Assembly (NCBI GenBank): GCA_964016885.1
Contig: OZ024742.1
Coordinates: forward strand, 213,776,001-213,840,000
Reading direction: 5' to 3'
From: Eledone cirrhosa
Lineage: Eukaryota
Length of the DNA stretch: 64,000 bases
Every line of letters starts with the position of its first letter. Positions within the stretch are counted from its first letter, which is position 1. The position numbers were made by a program, and so were the translations under genes. This document shows, piece after piece, positions 58,410 through 64,000 of the stretch. Below the pieces are notes generated by a model. It was not told the DNA's origin, ran no database searches, and saw nothing but the letters and a program-made list of their open reading frames with translations.

Positions 58410-60460
58410 AGTCAGAGGAGAGAGAGATTGGATGGACTGAGGAGAGTGTGACGAGGAGGTACGGGCACTTCACCAATGCAGTGGCGAAAGCAAGTGAAAC
58501 CCTGGTGCCGAGGAAAAAGAACAAAGGGAAGCACGTCAGCTCTGCAAACCCAAAAGTGTGTGCAGCCAGAGAACACCTGAAAGCTGCCAGGGACCAATTC
58601 TATGCTGATCCTACGGAGGAGAGGATGGAGACTGTGGAGGTGATGAGGGAAGAGCTCTGTACCGCTTACACTGAGGTCAGAGAGGAGGCACTGATAGAGA
58701 AGATCAGAAGTGTGGAGAGAGCGGTTGACAGATCTGGATGTAGGGAGAGCTGGATGATCATCAACGAGATCACAGGGAGGAAGAAAAGGTGTTCGAGTCA
58801 GATCCAGGGAACAGGGCCCGAGGATAGGAAGAGGAAATGGCTAGACCATTTTAGGACCCTACTAGGAGAGCCACCCTCCACAGCCCAGAGCAGTGGGGAG
58901 ATCAGGCGGCTGTTTGAGGAACTGGATGTTGAGACAGAGCCCTTCACCAGAGAGGAGCTTCAGAGAGCCAAGAAGAAGATCAAGGAGGGCAAGGCTCATG
59001 GAGAGGATGGAGTGGCATCAGAGGTGATGAGGAGGTGTGATTTTGATGATATCATCCTGGGGTTCTGTAACGGGGCACTGGAGAAAGGAGTTGCCCCGAA
59101 TCAGTGGAGGATCAGTAACATCGTCCCAGTGCCAAAGAAGGGAGATCTCTCTAACACCAACAACTACCGGGGGATCTCACTGACGTCACTTGTGGCAAAG
59201 ACCCTCAACAGGATGATTCTTAACAGGATCCAGCCTGAGATGGAGAAGAAGCTCAGGGACAACCAGAACGGCTTCAGAGAGGGTAGATCAACCACCAGTC
59301 ACATCCTGATGCTGAGGAGGATATTAGAGGGAGCTAGAGCAAAGTGCCTTCCTGCGGTCATGGTTTTCATTGACTTTAGGAAGGCCTTTGATTCTGTGGA
59401 CCGTTACTGCCTGATGAAGATCTTACAGGCTTATGGAATCCCCAAGAGGATAGTGGACCTGATATCACTGCTCTACACCAACACCAAAGCCCAAGTCATT
59501 ACACCTGATGGGATGACAGAGTTCTTTGAGATACTGGCTGGAGTGCTCCAGGGAGATACATTGGCTCCCTACCTTTTTATCATCGTAGTGGACTATTGTA
59601 TGCGCCTTGCACTGGAGAAATACCAGGACACTGGCTTTACTGTAGCACCGGCTCAGAGCAGGAGAGTTGGGGCAAAAAAGGTATCGGATGCTGAATTTGC
59701 CGACGACATAGTTTTGGTGACAAATACAGTGAAGGAGGCAGAGGATTTGATGCGGGAGGTTGAGACTGTGTCGATGAGTGTGGGGCTGAGAATGAATGAG
59801 ACTAAAACAAAATATCTGGTGGAGAATGTTGAGAAGCCAGAGGGGATCACTAATGTAGGCGGGAAGCCGCTGGAATTGGTTGAGGACTTCCTGTATTTGG
59901 GAGCAAAGATTGGGAATACGGAAGATGATGTGGTTGGGAGGAAGAGCAAGGCCTGGGCGGCGTGTCACAGCTTGAGATCGGTGTGGAAGTCGGACCTTCG
60001 TAGAGACCTGAAAATCCGCCTCTTCATTGCTGTAGTGGAGTCTGTGCTGCTGTATGGGTCTGAGACTTGGACACTGACCAAGAGACTCACTCAGATGGTG
60101 GATGGGTGCTACACGAGAATGCTGAGGATGGCTCTGAACATTAATCAGTATACACTGAGGATGAAAAACTCAGAGCTGTATGGGAGCATCCCAAAAGTCA
60201 GCTCAAAAGTGACACAGAGGAGACTGAGGTTGGCTGGACATGCTCACCGACATCCAGAGTTGACATTGCACTCAGTGCTCCTTTGGGAGCCCCTACATGG
60301 ACACACTAGAAGAGGAAGACCAAGGTTAACATATGTTGATGCCCTAAGGACAGACACTGGTCTGTTGGAGATGCAGGATATGGCAGCGATAATGAGGGAC
60401 AGAGACCGCTGGAGAGAACTCGTCCATGGATCTCGGGAATTTTACCCGCCTTAGATAGAT
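58410..60460 (+). mobile_element. RTE-clade LINE, 5'-truncated, inserted in (TA)n
   Basis: Purine-rich segment between TA runs containing an uninterrupted RT ORF with an RTE-type C-terminus. Confidence 0.9.
58448..60454 (+). CDS. RTE reverse transcriptase (endonuclease missing through 5' truncation)
   Basis: 668-aa open frame with YRGISL, QNGFR, IDFRKAFDSV, GVLQGD, FADD, FLYLG, LLYGSETW, RRLRLAGH and RGRP. Confidence 0.85.
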   Translation: MTRRYGHFTNAVAKASETLVPRKKNKGKHVSSANPKVCAAREHLKAARDQFYADPTEERMETVEVMREELCTAYTEVREEALIEKIRSVERAVDRSGCRESWMIINEITGRKKRCSSQIQGTGPEDRKRKWLDHFRTLLGEPPSTAQSSGEIRRLFEELDVETEPFTREELQRAKKKIKEGKAHGEDGVASEVMRRCDFDDIILGFCNGALEKGVAPNQWRISNIVPVPKKGDLSNTNNYRGISLTSLVAKTLNRMILNRIQPEMEKKLRDNQNGFREGRSTTSHILMLRRILEGARAKCLPAVMVFIDFRKAFDSVDRYCLMKILQAYGIPKRIVDLISLLYTNTKAQVITPDGMTEFFEILAGVLQGDTLAPYLFIIVVDYCMRLALEKYQDTGFTVAPAQSRRVGAKKVSDAEFADDIVLVTNTVKEAEDLMREVETVSMSVGLRMNETKTKYLVENVEKPEGITNVGGKPLELVEDFLYLGAKIGNTEDDVVGRKSKAWAACHSLRSVWKSDLRRDLKIRLFIAVVESVLLYGSETWTLTKRLTQMVDGCYTRMLRMALNINQYTLRMKNSELYGSIPKVSSKVTQRRLRLAGHAHRHPELTLHSVLLWEPLHGHTRRGRPRLTYVDALRTDTGLLEMQDMAAIMRDRDRWRELVHGSREFYPP

Positions 60461-60470
60461 ATATATATAT

Positions 60471-60663
60471 ATAGGAGTAAGTAAGACCCCGACGGCTGAG
60501 CTCAAGCCGTTTCGACGGCTAATTCTAATGAGTACAGAATTAGCCGTCGAAACGGCTTGAGCTCAGCCGTCGGGGTCTTACTTACTCCTATTACCCACTC
60601 TACTACCCTAAGTATTGAGTACTTTGGTAATGGTCCACCTGGTTCCTTACCACTTTTCCCTCG

Positions 60664-60665
<2 letters not shown>
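60471..60665. mobile_element. Second copy of the hairpin element
   Basis: Hairpin at 60471-60591 followed by the same tail in opposite orientation. Confidence 0.75.
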
Positions 60666-60698
<33 letters not shown>

Positions 60699-60726
60699 TA
60701 TTGGTGCTCGGTGCTCTGAAATAGCG

Positions 60727-60960
60727 ATGTATACATGAATGTACGTAAAGTATGTTTGGCAATATACCGTATGTTTAATTAAAAACATTTAGATGACCAT
60801 TCGCTATTAGTTTTAAAGTAGTGACTATATCACTTACTTGTTCTCGGCGAAAGTCAGTCACTACTTTAAAACTAATAGCGAATGGTCTTCTAAATGTTTT
60901 AATAAAGCATACGGTATATTGCCAAATATATTATACATACATTCATATATATATGAATGT
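60727..60960. repeat. Inverted repeat with ~100-bp arms; related single arm at ~19715-19840
   Basis: tttggcaatataccgtatg...gaccattcgctattagttttaaagtagtgact against its reverse complement. Confidence 0.65.
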
Positions 60961-61256
60961 ATGTATAATATATTTGGCAATATACCGTTAAAAGTGACAA
61001 AGGCGCTGTGTAGGTACTAATAAATATTGTTTAGAAAACGAAAGAGAAACACAAACATTTTCTTTTTCTGTCGTTCTCTTTGCTATCGTCTCTGTTTTTG
61101 TTTTGCTGTTTTATTCCATAATAATTATTCCTTTTAGTTATTAACGCATTGTGGTGAGATCTACTGTCTTTAATGCGTCGAAACATCAGCGACCTATAGC
61201 AGACAGACGAAGAGCGGGAATTGTCCTTATGTTTGTGTTTCTCTTACTTTTTCTAA

Positions 61257-61443
61257 ATAATTGTTTCTACATTAGGCACAAGGCCAGCAATTACCCAGTG
61301 CATTACTGGTACTTTATTTTATCGACCCCGTAATGATGAAAGGCAAAGTCAACCTCGGCGGGATTTGAACTCAGATCGTAAAGGGACGTAACTATGCTGG
61401 AAAGCATGGCGTCCGACCCTCTACCGATACTGCCAATCCACCA
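61257..61443 (-). mobile_element. tRNA-derived SINE
   Basis: Same family. Further partial or older copies lie at about 856-960, 1250-1450, 2078-2230, 13338-13500, 27720-27768, 52440-52610 and 62200-62320. Confidence 0.8.
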
Positions 61444-61458
61444 ATATATATGTATATA

Positions 61459-61512
61459 TGTCACTATGCAAAATTTCAGCTGAGGCCTCAGCTGAAATTT
61501 TGCATAGCGACA
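61459..61512. repeat. 54-bp loopless palindrome centred on AGGCCT
   Basis: tgtcactatgcaaaatttcagctgagg|cctcagctgaaattttgcatagcgaca, with one mismatch. Confidence 0.8.
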
Positions 61513-64000
61513 CATCTTTTAGGCTATGTGTCGTTTTTATATTAGTATATTTTTAAAATTATAAATAAATAAATAAATGTTGTATACCCTTAAGCACTGC
61601 AGTAAACATTCGAAAAAAGTATCGATTAAAAATATATTCATTTAAAGTTATGTAAATTAGTACAGTATTTTGGGAATAAGCATTGTTTCTGAATCTTTTA
61701 AATGTGGGAGTAAAATTTCATTTTGTGCTCTATATTTATTTGTTTGTATATCCTTTTGAAGCTCAACTTGAACTTATGAATAACTTGGTTGTAGCAATTC
61801 TGAGTGAATCAACATTTCTGAAACAAATGTAGAATGCCTGCAATATATTCAAAATAGTGAATTCCTGTGATTATATTCATTTAATAAATTCGGACAAGGT
61901 CATGATATGACGCTAAAGATTTAATACTTTGGGGCGCAACCACAAGGAAGGAGCCAACGATGACACCTCTAGGTAGTCGCATGATCTGTTGGAAATAGTA
62001 GCCAAATTTCCTTGAAATCGCATCTTTAAGTGTTAATTAAGGAAAGAACACATTAGATAATGTCTCTAAAATGAGAAGATGGACTAGGCTAGAATGCCTT
62101 TCATCATATCTTTGATCTATCATGATTAACGGTATACGCCAACAATGACCTCAATGCACATCTAATACTTATTTTATCAATTATAAAGGTTACGAAAGGT
62201 AAGGTTTAGATGGGGGATGTAGTCGATTTGATTGACTCCAGTATTTGATATGTAGACACTTATTTAATTGACTCCGTTATGATGAAAGATAAAGTCTATC
62301 ATGGCATGTTTTGAACTCATGTTACAATTACACAATCAATCTCACAAAGTATTCAACTGATTCTACCAACCAACCACTATCGAGATTAATAAGTATTGAC
62401 CAATTTATTGTCTTGTCAACTCATGGGGCCCGTTCCGAGGGTAGCCAACTCCGCCCCGATATTAACGAGTAGGGAAGTGGTGCTGGGGCCACAAACACTT
62501 TTAACTATTCAATAAATGTTTGTAAAAAAGTGAAAATTTGATTTTCAACGTAGATTTTTGATCAAATTTACAGTGGGTAGGTGTGTAGGGATGGGGGAAG
62601 ATTATGAAATATATTCTCTAAAAAGGGATCGGGGTGATAGGCCAAAAACATTAACACACCAGTGCGTTAAATTGTTTGGTAACTTAAGATACAAACAGTG
62701 GTGTAAAGAGATAATACATGAATGTATAAAAACATATAAATATATGAATATCGAACCGAGGGGTAAAGAGTAAAAGGTGAGAAAGCGAAAGGTAAAAGTA
62801 TAAAAGTCTACGAGACAAAGAGGAATCAACTCATACATTTGTATGCAAGAAAAATAAAGAAAGATAAACAGATAAATATCAATAAGATAAAGAAGAAGAA
62901 AAAAAGAAAGAGAATTAGAGAATGTGTCATATATCATAGGGTGAACAGCTGATTGATACTTCAGTGAAATTATGTACAAAATACTATAAAGTAGAATAAA
63001 GTTCTTTTTTCCATTTAGGAGAAAAAGTGAAGTCAATCTACCAAGAGTCCAAGGTTATATACGAAATAGCTTGGGATAACACTTAGCTTACAGGGATTAG
63101 GAGAGCAATTGATAGAAAAATACGTGTTAGGAAGAAGGACACTACACATTTCAAAGATATCTAAAGTGCTCTTATACAGAACTCACACAGAATTTCATTA
63201 AAGACAGAGTATATTAATATTTATAAATACACTTAATTTAACATTTATGATAATTGTGGTTTCTTATTCAATGTCTTATATAGCTGTTTCTCAAATAACA
63301 CGTGACCTATTCCATTTTGAGTGTTCGGTTGTTGGTTATGGTGAATTTATAGCTGAGTAATACTGAATATAAATTTCAGATATACGAAAATTGTTGTATG
63401 ATTGCAACCCAAGCCCCTAAATTACCTGTACATTTATTTTTGGAGATATTGTCTGTAAAATGCAGAGTACACATGAGCAAAATGTATTTCATTGGATTAA
63501 ACATGTCAATACTGATGTCTTTTGCATTTTTAAGTAAATAAAATATAATGTAATGCTTTCAACGATACAACATTTGTTGGCTCTCTCATTTTGTACATTC
63601 TATGTCACCTACCTCTCCTCAATTACCACTTCTGTTCTGTCGTACCAAAATAACCATGCAGTAAACAAACAAAACAAAACATTTTAACAAAATTTCTTCC
63701 AGAACTGTACTCTTACAGGAATTATTTTCATACAGACGCCAACAAACAAACATTCAAGATAAACATGCAATTCATCGACTTTGCTATTCTGGGATCTTAA
63801 ACAAATAATTCCCCTTTCCACGATTTGATCCCAAATCTTGCAGTGTTTGACTCATGTATTTCTTCCTTCTGAGAGTTCAAGATAAGTACCAGTAATATAC
63901 TAATATTAATTAAACCATTATACCAACTGCTGTGCAAAGAAAGCCATATTAAACGCTTCTGCTAGATTGTAGTGTAAGCTTCAGGAAAAGCAATGACACG

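Overview
Repeat-rich animal genomic DNA. The SINE families and microsatellite content resemble an octopod cephalopod (inference). The only host gene I can support is a divergent nicotinic-acetylcholine-receptor-like (Cys-loop) gene on the minus strand. Three extracellular-domain exons are visible (37224-37061, 35971-35862, 1216-1138) with GT-AG sites, matching phases and a ~34.6 kb intron. The rest of the window is mobile DNA and simple repeats: two R4/Dong-type RLE LINEs, a Tx1/L1 element, an RTE with an open ORF, many tRNA-derived SINEs with TSDs, DNA-transposon relics and long CT/TA/GT repeats. Most long ORFs in the ORF track are artefacts of these simple repeats. The most striking signal is non-coding: about nine well-formed and several decayed type I hammerhead-ribozyme folds (stem I-CTGANGA-stem II-GAAA-stem III-TH-stem I'). 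They have unrelated sequences, and most lie in short non-coding fold-back or partially tandem elements next to (TA)n tracts. These resemble a community of non-autonomous Penelope-like/retrozyme-like elements. Independent copies carry copy-specific substitutions mirrored in both arms, which suggests each palindrome is regenerated by hairpin priming or homogenised in place.
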